DNA of 64,000 nt from a virus: positions 32,001 through 96,000 of IMG/VR virus record IMGVR_UViG_3300006802_000073, one strand, 5' to 3'. Below, in pieces: positions 1-9,113 of this stretch. Position numbers and translations under genes: made by a program. How positions within the stretch are numbered: the first letter of the stretch is position 1; each line of letters opens with the position of its first letter. Under the pieces are notes generated by a model. It was not told the origin of the DNA. It saw only the letters and a list, made by a program, of their open reading frames with translations, and did no database searches.

Positions 1-285
1 TCCACTAAGAAAAATAAAACTTAATAATAATAGAATTTTATATCTCATGTTACGATCCTCGCAAATACAAAGTTATTAAAAATCATATTTCTGCCATTTC
101 AATGGGTCCAATACAAGTTCCTTTTATAAATTTAGCCCCCATACTTTCCAACATTTTGTGATTTTCCTTCAATTGAATTACACATTCTATTTCCTGGTTT
201 GTTTTTATCTTAGACATATAAAAATTACAAGATTTTTTATCTTCCATTAAACATATAAAAAAAAGTTGAATGAAAAATATATCCA

Positions 286-876
286 TTATTTCACACTTTC
301 AAAAATTTTCTTTTGTTCGTTATACCAGGTTTGCCAAGCAATTACTTGTTCTCTGGTTTGGTAATAGATGGAGTAGTTGTCGTTGATTGTTTTGAGGAGT
401 TCACTGATTTTAACATCGGAGGCACCTTCATCAGTTCCTGTGGTACTTCGGGCCACTTCATTTTGACTGGCGCTGTTATGCACCCCGATAGCAGCATTAG
501 ACAAAGTACACATGTTATCATATTTAGTAACAACCTTCTCAATATATTTAACATTATCTTTACCTTTTTCTTTAATAATTTGTACTCTATCAACATATAC
601 TGTTTTTATTCTTTCATTAACTTCCTTTGATTTTCCCTCTGCTTCCTTTATCTTTTCGTTGAAAGCGGCTACTGCTTTAAGATAATTGGAAGTACCATTT
701 AAATTTCCCTCTAGATATACTCCAGCAAGAAATAAAATGTAAAATAATGGTGCTGCAAATTTTGCAATATAAGAAAATCTTTTTACAAATTTAATTATTA
801 TAGATCCAACTAATCCTATTATAAACAATATATGAACTAAATAGGATATGTTATTTAACAAAAACCATTCAAACAT
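286..876 (-). CDS. Inner-membrane spanin (Rz-like)
   Basis: N-terminal TM segments, coiled coil, 'VYVDRVQIIKEKG...KYDNMC' Rz-like region; a lipoprotein gene is embedded in another frame. Confidence 0.7.
   Translation of the reverse strand: MFEWFLLNNISYLVHILFIIGLVGSIIIKFVKRFSYIAKFAAPLFYILFLAGVYLEGNLNGTSNYLKAVAAFNEKIKEAEGKSKEVNERIKTVYVDRVQIIKEKGKDNVKYIEKVVTKYDNMCTLSNAAIGVHNSASQNEVARSTTGTDEGASDVKISELLKTINDNYSIYYQTREQVIAWQTWYNEQKKIFESVK
342..596 (-). CDS. Outer-membrane spanin lipoprotein (Rz1-like), embedded in Rz; true start probably the internal MITCVLCLM
   Basis: Lipobox LLSGC followed by Pro-rich PVKMKWPEVPQELMKVPP; lies wholly inside the Rz-like gene. Confidence 0.65.
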   Translation of the reverse strand: MLIEYKLLKKKVKIMLNILRRLLLNMITCVLCLMLLSGCITAPVKMKWPEVPQELMKVPPMLKSVNSSKQSTTTTPSITKPENK

Positions 877-1531
877 TTTTCTCTTCTCTATAAAGATTTC
901 GATAATATAATAAACTTTTTACAAAATTATCACGTTTCTCAATAAAGATCTGTGGAATATCATCTTCAACCGCTATAATGATAACAATTTTCTGTATAGG
1001 TATTCCAGTCATTTCTTCATACATAATAGCATATGCAGAACATTGCATGAAATAGTTTTCTATATTAGATTTTTCTTTAGTTTTTGACGATGTTTTAAAA
1101 TCGATTACACTTAATCTATTCTCATGTTCTGCAATACAGTCAACAGTACCCGCAACTTTTAAATGTCTAGAAAATAAACGTTGCTCTAAACAATGTATAT
1201 TATTTATATCATCTAACAATGGCTGTATACTGTTAAATAATTCTTGTTGTCTAAATGATACAAATGGTACAGTGCGATTACTTAAATAATGTTCTACATT
1301 TTCATGTAATATAGTTCCTCTTTTAGCTGCCTGTGATGCTATCTTATTAGCATATTCTTCACCCACTCTAGACTTCCATTCAGTGATGTACTTTTGATTA
1401 TAAAGACTTAATACTGTAGTGATAGAGGGAAATTTTTCTCCCTCTATCGTTTCATAAAATCTACCTGTATCCGTATTAATTTGATTCAATAACGGCAGAT
1501 TCAAGTTATTTACATGATTAAAATGTTGCAT
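869..1531 (-). CDS. PD-(D/E)XK exonuclease (Cas4/lambda-exo-like)
   Basis: PSITTVL, RGTILH, AGTVDCI, VIDFKTS, QCSAYA motifs. Confidence 0.85.
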   Translation of the reverse strand: MQHFNHVNNLNLPLLNQINTDTGRFYETIEGEKFPSITTVLSLYNQKYITEWKSRVGEEYANKIASQAAKRGTILHENVEHYLSNRTVPFVSFRQQELFNSIQPLLDDINNIHCLEQRLFSRHLKVAGTVDCIAEHENRLSVIDFKTSSKTKEKSNIENYFMQCSAYAIMYEEMTGIPIQKIVIIIAVEDDIPQIFIEKRDNFVKSLLYYRNLYREEKNV

Positions 1532-1533
1532 AA

Positions 1534-2271
1534 TTAAGTTTGTTTTTCCTCATATTGTAATCTAGCTAATATATATTCTTTCACTAAATCAGATCTAACT
1601 ATTTCATCAACAGAAAACTCTATCATCTTAAATGAAGATATTAATTTAGCTATAGCTAAGAATTTCTTCAAACCTGAAAGATCACTTTTCTTACAAAGAT
1701 CTGTCTGTCTAAAGTCTCCACAAAAAATTATTTTAGAATTTTTACCTACACGAGTCATGATTGTATTAAATTCAGAATCGTTTAGATTTTGTGCTTCATC
1801 AACAATAATAATACTATTATCTAATGTAACTCCTCTAATAAAAGAAGTAATAATAAATTCTGCTATATTTTGTTCTTGTAATCGTTGGAATGCATCTTTG
1901 CGATTGAATAAATCAGTACATATATCTATATATGGTCTTTTGTATACCTCAACTTTTTCTGATTCATCACCGGGTAAATGACCTATCTCTCTCGCCTGTA
2001 CTGCAGATCTAACAATAATTACTTTTTTAAATGAGTTACCTTTATCTAGTACTTCTTCAAGGGCTTTATATAACGCTATATATGTTTTTCCTGTTCCCGC
2101 TACTCCATGTAACATTATAGCTTTTTCTTGATTTTTATAATACTCAAAAAATTTCTTTTGATTTGTAGTAAGAGGATTGATAATTTTTAAACTATCAATT
2201 GTTACTGTTAATCTATTGTGAGCTAATGTTAATCTTGGTTTTTTTTCTAGTTTCTCTGCTCTTTTTGTCAT
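1534..2271 (-). CDS. phoH: PhoH-family ATPase
   Basis: GVAGTGKT Walker A, IGHLPG, FIRGVTL, DEAQN, GDFRQTD. Confidence 0.95.
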   Translation of the reverse strand: MTKRAEKLEKKPRLTLAHNRLTVTIDSLKIINPLTTNQKKFFEYYKNQEKAIMLHGVAGTGKTYIALYKALEEVLDKGNSFKKVIIVRSAVQAREIGHLPGDESEKVEVYKRPYIDICTDLFNRKDAFQRLQEQNIAEFIITSFIRGVTLDNSIIIVDEAQNLNDSEFNTIMTRVGKNSKIIFCGDFRQTDLCKKSDLSGLKKFLAIAKLISSFKMIEFSVDEIVRSDLVKEYILARLQYEEKQT

Positions 2272-2287
2272 TACAGCCCTCGAAAGT

Positions 2288-2318
2288 AAAAAAGGATAGG
2301 CTGAATCAGCCTATCCTT
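2288..2318 (-). terminator. Rho-independent terminator
   Basis: Long inverted repeat AAGGATAGGCTGA/TCAGCCTATCCTT followed by a T-run on the minus strand. Confidence 0.75.
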
Positions 2319-2351
2319 ATGTTGTTTAACTGCAAAGGGTGGAAAGAGAAA

Positions 2352-2612
2352 TCATCGTGATAGTTTATCTCGCATATTACTCTTTGGAACTTTTTCAGCT
2401 ATTTTTGATAATACCTCCCTAAATCCATCATCATGAGTTCTTAACCCTAAACGAACTGAATCGCCTAAAGCAGGAGCTCCAATCTGTCTCTTGATTGTCT
2501 TTTGTTCACATTTCTCACAAGATTCATTCTCAGGATCATCCCGAGTAGAAATATTACTAATACGTGTAAAAGAATTATCACATGTACTGCATCTGTAATC
2601 GTAAAGTGGCAT
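2352..2612 (-). CDS. FmdB-family zinc-ribbon protein
   Basis: MPLYDYRCxxC...CxxC. Confidence 0.8.
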   Translation of the reverse strand: MPLYDYRCSTCDNSFTRISNISTRDDPENESCEKCEQKTIKRQIGAPALGDSVRLGLRTHDDGFREVLSKIAEKVPKSNMRDKLSR

Positions 2613-2614
2613 AA

Positions 2615-3172
2615 TTATATTGTAGTTAGTTGATTAAACCAAATAGGCTTTGAACGATTCTTCCATTTCGCAAACCCATTCTTGGCACCTATATAATAAT
2701 TTCTATATGATGCAATAGAATTACCATATACTTTATATTTATCAGGCATCGCAGGTGGAGGCTCAATAAATTCTTTATCAGAAATATTTCTCGGAATATT
2801 AATTGTAAGAGTATTCAATAATCCAGATCTCTCTACTTTATGAATCTTTTCATAGCGAAAAGTATATTCTTTACATACTGCACACAACAAATCTATTAAC
2901 CAATTATAATTGTTCACTGATTGCCTTACCCATATAGCAGATGGATGATTAATATGTGTAGCTTTGTATAAAGAAGAATCTAATAGCTGATCTTCTAATT
3001 TCCATATCTTGACTTTTCTATTATTTCTTTCTTCAATTATTTGTTGCCCATCTAAAACACGATGAGCAGTAGATAGCAGTTGTGCATATTCTAAAATCAT
3101 CTTCACTACATGTTTATCTAGATGCATTCTAGCACATTCTTCATGATCTTTACTTAAATAAAATATATTCAT
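2615..3172 (-). CDS. Pyrimidine-dimer DNA glycosylase / DenV-like family protein
   Basis: MNIFYL...DKHVVKMILEYAQLLSTAH...THINHPSAIW; start moved to ATG 3172. Confidence 0.65.
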   Translation of the reverse strand: MNIFYLSKDHEECARMHLDKHVVKMILEYAQLLSTAHRVLDGQQIIEERNNRKVKIWKLEDQLLDSSLYKATHINHPSAIWVRQSVNNYNWLIDLLCAVCKEYTFRYEKIHKVERSGLLNTLTINIPRNISDKEFIEPPPAMPDKYKVYGNSIASYRNYYIGAKNGFAKWKNRSKPIWFNQLTTI

Positions 3173-3432
3173 GTCCGCTCTACAGTTTCTAAAATTTTTT
3201 TGCACATATCTTGTTCTTCAACAGAGAAGAAAGCAAAATTTATTCTCGCCATATTGAGACAATTAATAACATGTAAAGGTTCTACAAAAGGTAGACTTCG
3301 TTTCGTTACTTTACCCTTAATAGATGAAAACATATTAACTGCTTTTAAAGTTAATTCTATTTCTTTATCTGTAAAAAGAGATAACTTAAAGGTATATGGT
3401 TTTTCTTTAAGTTTATATATTTTTGCATTCAT
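3169..3432 (-). CDS. Hypothetical protein
   Basis: ORF with 4-nt overlaps to both neighbours. Confidence 0.55.
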   Translation of the reverse strand: MNAKIYKLKEKPYTFKLSLFTDKEIELTLKAVNMFSSIKGKVTKRSLPFVEPLHVINCLNMARINFAFFSVEEQDMCKKILETVERT

Positions 3433-3645
3433 AATACATAATAATTAAACAACCCCGATAAGTATATCACACCTAAAAAGATACTTACAATAACAAGACT
3501 AGCCTTTTTCCATATTATACCAATAATTATCCAACCAGTATTACCTAAAAAAGCAACCCAGATATTGGCAGGAAAAATATTATAACTTGTCAATATTACA
3601 CCCAAAATCAAAAATATAGTACTGACCCATTCAATAACTTTTTCA

Positions 3646-3876
3646 TTAAAAATTTTCTTCTCCAATCCATGCATAGGTTTCTTCAAAAATACTTTTCTCA
3701 CATGAATAAAATTCACCCCTCACACCTTTAATCAAATAATCACCCGCAGAACCTTTCATTAAACCCTCTAGAGTATTTACAACAAAATCTTCACTCATTT
3801 GTACTGCATGAACTACAATCGGTTTCTTTCTACAGGGTTTCATAGTTTCAATAAAATCATTATTAATCACTCTCAT
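3646..3876 (-). CDS. Conserved phage protein
   Basis: RKKPIVVHAVQ...TLEGLM...GDYLIKGVRGEFYSC motif, common in phages. Confidence 0.65.
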   Translation of the reverse strand: MRVINNDFIETMKPCRKKPIVVHAVQMSEDFVVNTLEGLMKGSAGDYLIKGVRGEFYSCEKSIFEETYAWIGEENF

Positions 3877-3878
3877 TT

Positions 3879-4649
3879 CTATACCTCCAATAATTGATAT
3901 GTATATCCCAGTTCAAATACTTCATATTGCCAGTATCCTCGAGGATTACAGACAACCCTAGTCCCTCCAATCATATAATCAAACGGTGCATGAGTATGAC
4001 CATGAGTCCAAAGTTTAATTTGTGGATTGTCAAGAATCAATTCACTAAGATCAGAACAATAGGCACCATTAATCAAATGTTGATCAGCATACTGAGGTTT
4101 TACACTAAGTGTAGATGGTGCATGATGACCAACCACAACTACTTTGTCACTTTGATGCTCAGATAGAGACTTCTTCAAAAAATCAATTGTCCTTTGATGC
4201 TCTAGTAATGTATCCTCTGGAAGAAGGCGGCGATAGTTTTCTTTGGCAACTCTAATAATTTGGTAATCATTCATTGATTGCCGACACTGCCACATTGTAA
4301 TAGAATCTTTATTATTATAATCTGTCCACAATGTACCACCCATAAACACTACATCATCTATCTTTTTAATCTGCTTTTCGAGTATGTGGATGTTGGAAAA
4401 CTTTGCTAGTGATTCACGTAGAATATTTTCTGTTTTATCAAATTTACCATTATAATGCTCATGGTTGCCCATGATATAGATGATATCTGGAAACTCTGCT
4501 GCAATACGTCGGAAGAATTCTTCGAACTGAGACATCTTTCCAGCAATACAAATATCACCACCGAGAATAAGTGTGTCAATATTTTCTTTATTCGGAAGAT
4601 CTAGATCTCCAAATTCTAAATGTAAATCTGACACAAGCCCAATCTTCAT
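3879..4649 (-). CDS. Calcineurin-like metallophosphoesterase
   Basis: SDLH, GDI, GNHE, HGHTH, NPRGY. Confidence 0.9.
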   Translation of the reverse strand: MKIGLVSDLHLEFGDLDLPNKENIDTLILGGDICIAGKMSQFEEFFRRIAAEFPDIIYIMGNHEHYNGKFDKTENILRESLAKFSNIHILEKQIKKIDDVVFMGGTLWTDYNNKDSITMWQCRQSMNDYQIIRVAKENYRRLLPEDTLLEHQRTIDFLKKSLSEHQSDKVVVVGHHAPSTLSVKPQYADQHLINGAYCSDLSELILDNPQIKLWTHGHTHAPFDYMIGGTRVVCNPRGYWQYEVFELGYTYQLLEV

Positions 4650-5941
4650 TTAATGTTTTCCGATGAATCAGCCACTGTTTTATCTTCCCGAATCTCTAGA
4701 AACACAGGAAGAAACAATGACTCTGGTCCGCCATTCTTATCCTGAATCCGAGCATTATATTTAATAGCTACGATTTTACCGACTACATTTTTACGCTTGA
4801 TTGAATCACGATCTGCATCAGTAAATCCAGTACCAACGGATACTCGAATCTTTCCATCTGCAGATTCTAGTACAAGATTACCTAGACGATTAGCATTCTT
4901 GCCGGTACCTTTTTCCCACTCTACGCACTTTAGATCGCACTCTAGTTCACCCTTAAATTTCACTTGATGCTTTGCACGTTTAGCTTCCCAAGGTGCATTT
5001 AGATCTTTAAGAATGATACCTTCTTCACCTCGCTCTAGGTAGGATTGAAAAATTTCTTGAGCTTCATCTAAAGAATTTACTTCATGTGAAGTAACAAGTC
5101 CAACTCGTGGAGTGAATTTTGCGTCTTTAAGAGCTAGATAAAACCGTTTTTTATAGGTAAAGGAAGATTTTTCTTTCTTAAAATCGTCTAAAGGAATAAT
5201 ATCCCAAAGTGTTGCACAAACCAACATGGCTTCTTTTTTGGAGATAGTACCTTTCACTGCTTTATTCAGAATACCATTACCAGTTTTACGATCAAGAATC
5301 CCTGCTGCATCTTTTACCAACAATTCACCATCATATACTACACCTTTACCCGCTTGCAACTGAAATAGTTGTAGAAAATCTTCCTCTAGTTCGCCAAGAA
5401 GATCGATGGGTTTACCATTACGTGAACGAAATTCTACTTTTCCGTCTTTGACGATTGCGTTAAAGCGCATGCCATCCAACTTGTGTTGGACAACGGCTGG
5501 GAATTTGATTTTATCAACTGCCTTCTGGTCGAATCCGGAAGCCAGCATAACTGGGTATTCTGGAATGAGATTCTTCCAAATCTTGTTTGCTGTTGCCTCT
5601 GATACTCCGCAGCGGAGATCTCGTTTAATGATTTTTTCAATGACACAAGCATCACTCTCCTTCAATGAACTAAGTACAAGTTGCAGATGTGAGATTGCAG
5701 CATTACCTGTCAACTCACGACTAGAAAATCGATTCAGCTCCGTCAAAGCCCAATTCAATGTCACGAGTGATTGAGAAGTATATTCCGGAATCTTCCGAAT
5801 ATAAAAATTAATCATCGGATTAAGAGCAAGAAAAAATACTTTCTTTAGATCAGCATCGTCACGATTCTTCCGTAGAATCGCCTCCTTCTCTAGACGAGAA
5901 GATGTTGCTGCAAGTGCTTCCAAAATATCATTGCAGTTCAT
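4646..5941 (-). CDS. 30: ATP-dependent DNA ligase (gp30)
   Basis: KLDGMR motif I, DGEL, EGIILK, OB-fold LFLPVF. Confidence 0.95.
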   Translation of the reverse strand: MNCNDILEALAATSSRLEKEAILRKNRDDADLKKVFFLALNPMINFYIRKIPEYTSQSLVTLNWALTELNRFSSRELTGNAAISHLQLVLSSLKESDACVIEKIIKRDLRCGVSEATANKIWKNLIPEYPVMLASGFDQKAVDKIKFPAVVQHKLDGMRFNAIVKDGKVEFRSRNGKPIDLLGELEEDFLQLFQLQAGKGVVYDGELLVKDAAGILDRKTGNGILNKAVKGTISKKEAMLVCATLWDIIPLDDFKKEKSSFTYKKRFYLALKDAKFTPRVGLVTSHEVNSLDEAQEIFQSYLERGEEGIILKDLNAPWEAKRAKHQVKFKGELECDLKCVEWEKGTGKNANRLGNLVLESADGKIRVSVGTGFTDADRDSIKRKNVVGKIVAIKYNARIQDKNGGPESLFLPVFLEIREDKTVADSSENIK

Positions 5942-6071
5942 TTAGAGCTTCCTTTTGATTGCGATATTTACGCTTATAAACTTTTTTGAGAGAAACTACT
6001 CGTTGCTTATACTTTCCACTTGTCAACAGTTCACGAGCATACGGATCTCGGAGTTTAAAAGTCTTAGCCAT
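5928..6071 (-). CDS. Small basic 47-aa protein, ArfA-like (not in ORF track)
   Basis: Manual translation MAKTFKLRDPYARELLTSGKYKQRVVSLKKVYKRKYRNQKEALNELQ. Confidence 0.5.
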   Translation of the reverse strand: MAKTFKLRDPYARELLTSGKYKQRVVSLKKVYKRKYRNQKEALNELQ

Positions 6072-6458
6072 ATTCTTTCCTAATTGATTGCGTAATTTTT
6101 AACTTCTTTTTGAGCAAGAGCGACTTGATATTCTTTCTCGCATTCAGCTTCTGCCTCAGCCAGAATTACAAAGGCGAAGTTCTCACAAAATTCCTGAAAC
6201 CATTCCTCCTTCAGGACTTGTTTCGGAGCCTTCGCTGCCTTAATCAACTTCAGAAGTTCTTTGTTCATCTCTAATCCTATGACAGTAACTGAACTAAATG
6301 TCAAGCCTTATCAGTACGACAGATCATATCTAGATATACCATATCGAACCCAAAGTCAGAACGGAAACGATCCTCTGCTTCGTCTGCACTTTCACACTCA
6401 TATACTGCTTCCATATCTTTACCATCTAAACCAACATAAAAGTAAACGGTATATTCTT

Positions 6459-6620
6459 TCACTTAGACACTCCGCAGGCTACATAAAACTTATCATAATC
6501 GAACCGAGGATTAAACTGAGCACAAGCATTAGCAACCGCAACTGCTGCATTCAATCTACAATCAGGATTCAACATAAGACTTATCTGATATGCCAATTCT
6601 TGATAATGTTTCTTACTCAT
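6459..6620 (-). CDS. Small early protein, 53 aa (not in ORF track)
   Basis: MSKKHYQELA...NPRFDYDKFYVACG; GGAG RBS and a consensus promoter upstream. Confidence 0.65.
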   Translation of the reverse strand: MSKKHYQELAYQISLMLNPDCRLNAAVAVANACAQFNPRFDYDKFYVACGVSK

Positions 6621-6651
6621 TACTTTCTCCGTGTCATCAACTTATGCTACT

Positions 6652-6679
6652 ATTATACAGGTTTTACTCTAGATGTCAA
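6652..6679 (-). promoter_or_regulatory. Sigma70-like early promoter
   Basis: TTGACA-16nt-TATAAT. Confidence 0.8.
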
Positions 6680-6993
6680 GCAGTATTTAAGTGAGGATCG
6701 AGTTCACGTATCAATTCGCGCTCACGAGAATGCGCTGGCTTACGTCCGCGCACAACTTCAACTAAGTCTATAGTGAAGCATTCCACTCCCCAAAAGCGTA
6801 TTGCGTTGCACAAATTCCAATCAAGATTCTCATTCAATGCACGATGAACATGCTTTTGCCAGCGTACTTTTAAACTACGCTTCACTGCTGCACCCTGGCA
6901 TACAGTAATACCAATATAAAATTCTTGAGACAGTATATTGGTGATCTTGTACACTGCGTGCTTTCGATCTTGTCTACGTTTTCTCTTCAGCAT
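6676..6993 (-). CDS. GIY-YIG domain protein
   Basis: AVYKIT...FYIGIT...RWQKH...RERELI..LN; start moved to ATG 6993. Confidence 0.75.
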   Translation of the reverse strand: MLKRKRRQDRKHAVYKITNILSQEFYIGITVCQGAAVKRSLKVRWQKHVHRALNENLDWNLCNAIRFWGVECFTIDLVEVVRGRKPAHSRERELIRELDPHLNTA

Positions 6994-7000
6994 GTAAACC

Positions 7001-7029
7001 ATTATACATGGTTCTACTCTAGATGTCAA
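7001..7029 (-). promoter_or_regulatory. Sigma70-like early promoter
   Basis: TTGACA-17nt-TATAAT. Confidence 0.8.
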
Positions 7030-7043
7030 GAACTTTTTGCAAA

Positions 7044-7249
7044 GCTAACTCATTGATTTACCAGTACTTTTTTCTCATTAAAAATCAATGAGTTATGATA
7101 TACCTATCTATTAGAATTCTGACGTTCCGAGGGTCAGGGGAAATTCTGAAACCTCCCTCTAGCGCCCAAAAATTACTTAACTCATTGATTTACCAGTACT
7201 TTTTGGTTCTGTGGAGGTATTGAAAAAATGCTTAAGAATCAAAGAGTTA
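7044..7249. repeat. Non-coding cluster of TAACTCATTGATTT motifs in two inverted pairs
   Basis: Direct repeat TAACTCATTGATTTACCAGTACTTTTT at ~7046 and ~7178; inverted copies at 7082 and ~7237 (degenerate). Confidence 0.8.
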
Positions 7250-7440
7250 CTAGAATAGATCTGTATAGGGATGGATTCGAATCTCGATCTGTTTGCCGGG
7301 ATGCATATGTCGATTAACTGCTCGAATCTTTTCTACTGGTACAGATTCTGGAGTTCTCCATACGCCGATGATGCGAGATTTCTGAGCACGATTGAGAGAA
7401 TCATGTAGTTCGACTTCTACTATGTATCGAGTATCCCATT

Positions 7441-7725
7441 TCATTCTGCTGTAGTCCCGGTAGTGAGAATATTTTCGTATAGTAGCTCGAACTCCTGATG
7501 TTCTTCTTGTTCCTGAGTATAATTCTGCTTATGATAAACCTTTGCCATTCGTCGAAAAGTTTTCTTAGGAATTTCATACTTTTCAGCTACATTAGCAATA
7601 GTTTCTTTAATGAGATCTCGTTCTGCCTCAATCCGTGTTAGTGAACCCGAGATCTCACGTAATGCGTTCTTGATTACATTTTTATCTGCTGGATTAGAAA
7701 GAAATTTGCTCATATAAATCTCCAT
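7441..7725 (-). CDS. dsbA: T4 DsbA-like dsDNA-binding protein
   Basis: EISGSLTRIEAERDLIKE...IPKKTFRRMAKVYHKQ; lies near rnh as in T4-like phages. Confidence 0.6.
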   Translation of the reverse strand: MEIYMSKFLSNPADKNVIKNALREISGSLTRIEAERDLIKETIANVAEKYEIPKKTFRRMAKVYHKQNYTQEQEEHQEFELLYENILTTGTTAE

Positions 7726-7727
7726 AA

Positions 7728-8237
7728 TTAAGTATTAACTTTTTTAGGACGGCCACGTCCACGTTTTACAGGTTGAATTGTTTCAACAATCTGTTCTTCT
7801 GGTTTCTTTTCTATTTTAGGCAATAGATTGGGATATGTTTTACGAACTAGATCTTCAGTCATTGTTTTATACAATGTTGATAGTTGTTTATCTTTCATTG
7901 CACAGAGGATATCGGCTTCTTTCCAATGTACACTTTCTAACATCTCAATAAATAAAGATTCTAGTTTAACTTTAGAAAGATTTGAGGGATTTAACCAGAT
8001 GTAAAATTTACGTGCTTCTTTGTAAAGATTGGTGGGGCTATATCCCATTGGAGTATCTTTATCTACTTTAAATGGTGGTTTACCTTCAGGCAAGCGCATC
8101 TTTGTGTCTGGATTAAAGCAGATTCCTAGCACTGTTTGCAGTACTGGGCTATCATTAGTTAGAAGAATTTTGATACGTTCTTCTTCACTTTTAGCAGTTT
8201 CAACTTTCTCAAAAATTTCTGGTAGTAATAGTCTCAT
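7728..8237 (-). CDS. Conserved T4-like hypothetical protein with C-terminal AT-hook-like KRGRGRPKK
   Basis: LPEGKPPF...FIEMLESVH family usually found next to rnh. Confidence 0.65.
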   Translation of the reverse strand: MRLLLPEIFEKVETAKSEEERIKILLTNDSPVLQTVLGICFNPDTKMRLPEGKPPFKVDKDTPMGYSPTNLYKEARKFYIWLNPSNLSKVKLESLFIEMLESVHWKEADILCAMKDKQLSTLYKTMTEDLVRKTYPNLLPKIEKKPEEQIVETIQPVKRGRGRPKKVNT

Positions 8238-9113
8238 TTAAAACTCCTGTACACATTCTAAAAGCTGCTTCATTCTATTCTTCATAAAGAAATTTACAAG
8301 CTGGCTTCTATCTTTTTTGGGTTGATTGACAAATGTATTTATAATACTGTCCTTAATACCCTCAGGAATTTTTTCAAAATCTACTAATGTTCTATTACGT
8401 GAGAAATTACGTTGAAAAGTATCATCTAAGGGTAGTTCATTTCTCCATGTATTAATCCGCTTCATTGTAATAGGCTTTTGTCTGCTACCAGCAAAAACAG
8501 AATCATCTGATGATAGTACATTAGGAATACCATCTCCGGTATCACCTTTTACAATATGTTCAAATAAATATTCTTGTGGTGTTAGAGAAGATCTAAACAT
8601 CTTCTTCTGAATAGGATTATATTGTTTTACATTAGAAAATTTTTGCAATTGATAAAAATCATGATCTCCGGAGATAATTAAAAATGGTTTTGGCTCACTA
8701 TCAATTAGTGTTTCCTTTAGATCATTGGTTTGGCTCCACTCTGCTAAAACAGCAATAACATCATCTGCCTCTGCACCTTCAACATTCATTACTGTATAGG
8801 GAAAGAATTTATCTAGTTCTTCTCTAACCAAGCTCAAAGTTTCAAAAATAGATTTCCAATCAAACCCTGATGATTCTCTATCACGGCGCCTATGCGCCTT
8901 ATAATATGCAAACACCCCTCTACGCCAATAACTTCTACTATCACAGGCGATAACTATATCACCATATTCTTCATAAAATTTTTGCTTATAACCACGGATC
9001 GAATTTAAAATCATATGTCGAACTAAAGGAACATTAATATCTACATCTGTCCTTCCTTTAATCTCCATCATTAAATTAGAAATTGCTGTTTGGCTATAGT
9101 CTACTACTATCAT
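8238..9113 (-). CDS. rnh: RNase H / 5'-3' exonuclease (T4 rnh)
   Basis: YKAHR, EADDVIA, SGDHDF, GDTGDGIPN. Confidence 0.93.
   Translation of the reverse strand: MIVVDYSQTAISNLMMEIKGRTDVDINVPLVRHMILNSIRGYKQKFYEEYGDIVIACDSRSYWRRGVFAYYKAHRRRDRESSGFDWKSIFETLSLVREELDKFFPYTVMNVEGAEADDVIAVLAEWSQTNDLKETLIDSEPKPFLIISGDHDFYQLQKFSNVKQYNPIQKKMFRSSLTPQEYLFEHIVKGDTGDGIPNVLSSDDSVFAGSRQKPITMKRINTWRNELPLDDTFQRNFSRNRTLVDFEKIPEGIKDSIINTFVNQPKKDRSQLVNFFMKNRMKQLLECVQEF

Noticed and set aside
869-1531. Cas4-like nuclease as evidence of a CRISPR system
   Set aside because: Common stand-alone exonuclease of T4-like phages; no Fe-S cysteine pattern, array or cas genes
6261-6773. 170-aa plus-strand ORF
   Set aside because: Shadow of two short minus-strand ORFs that have a promoter and RBS; no recognisable motifs
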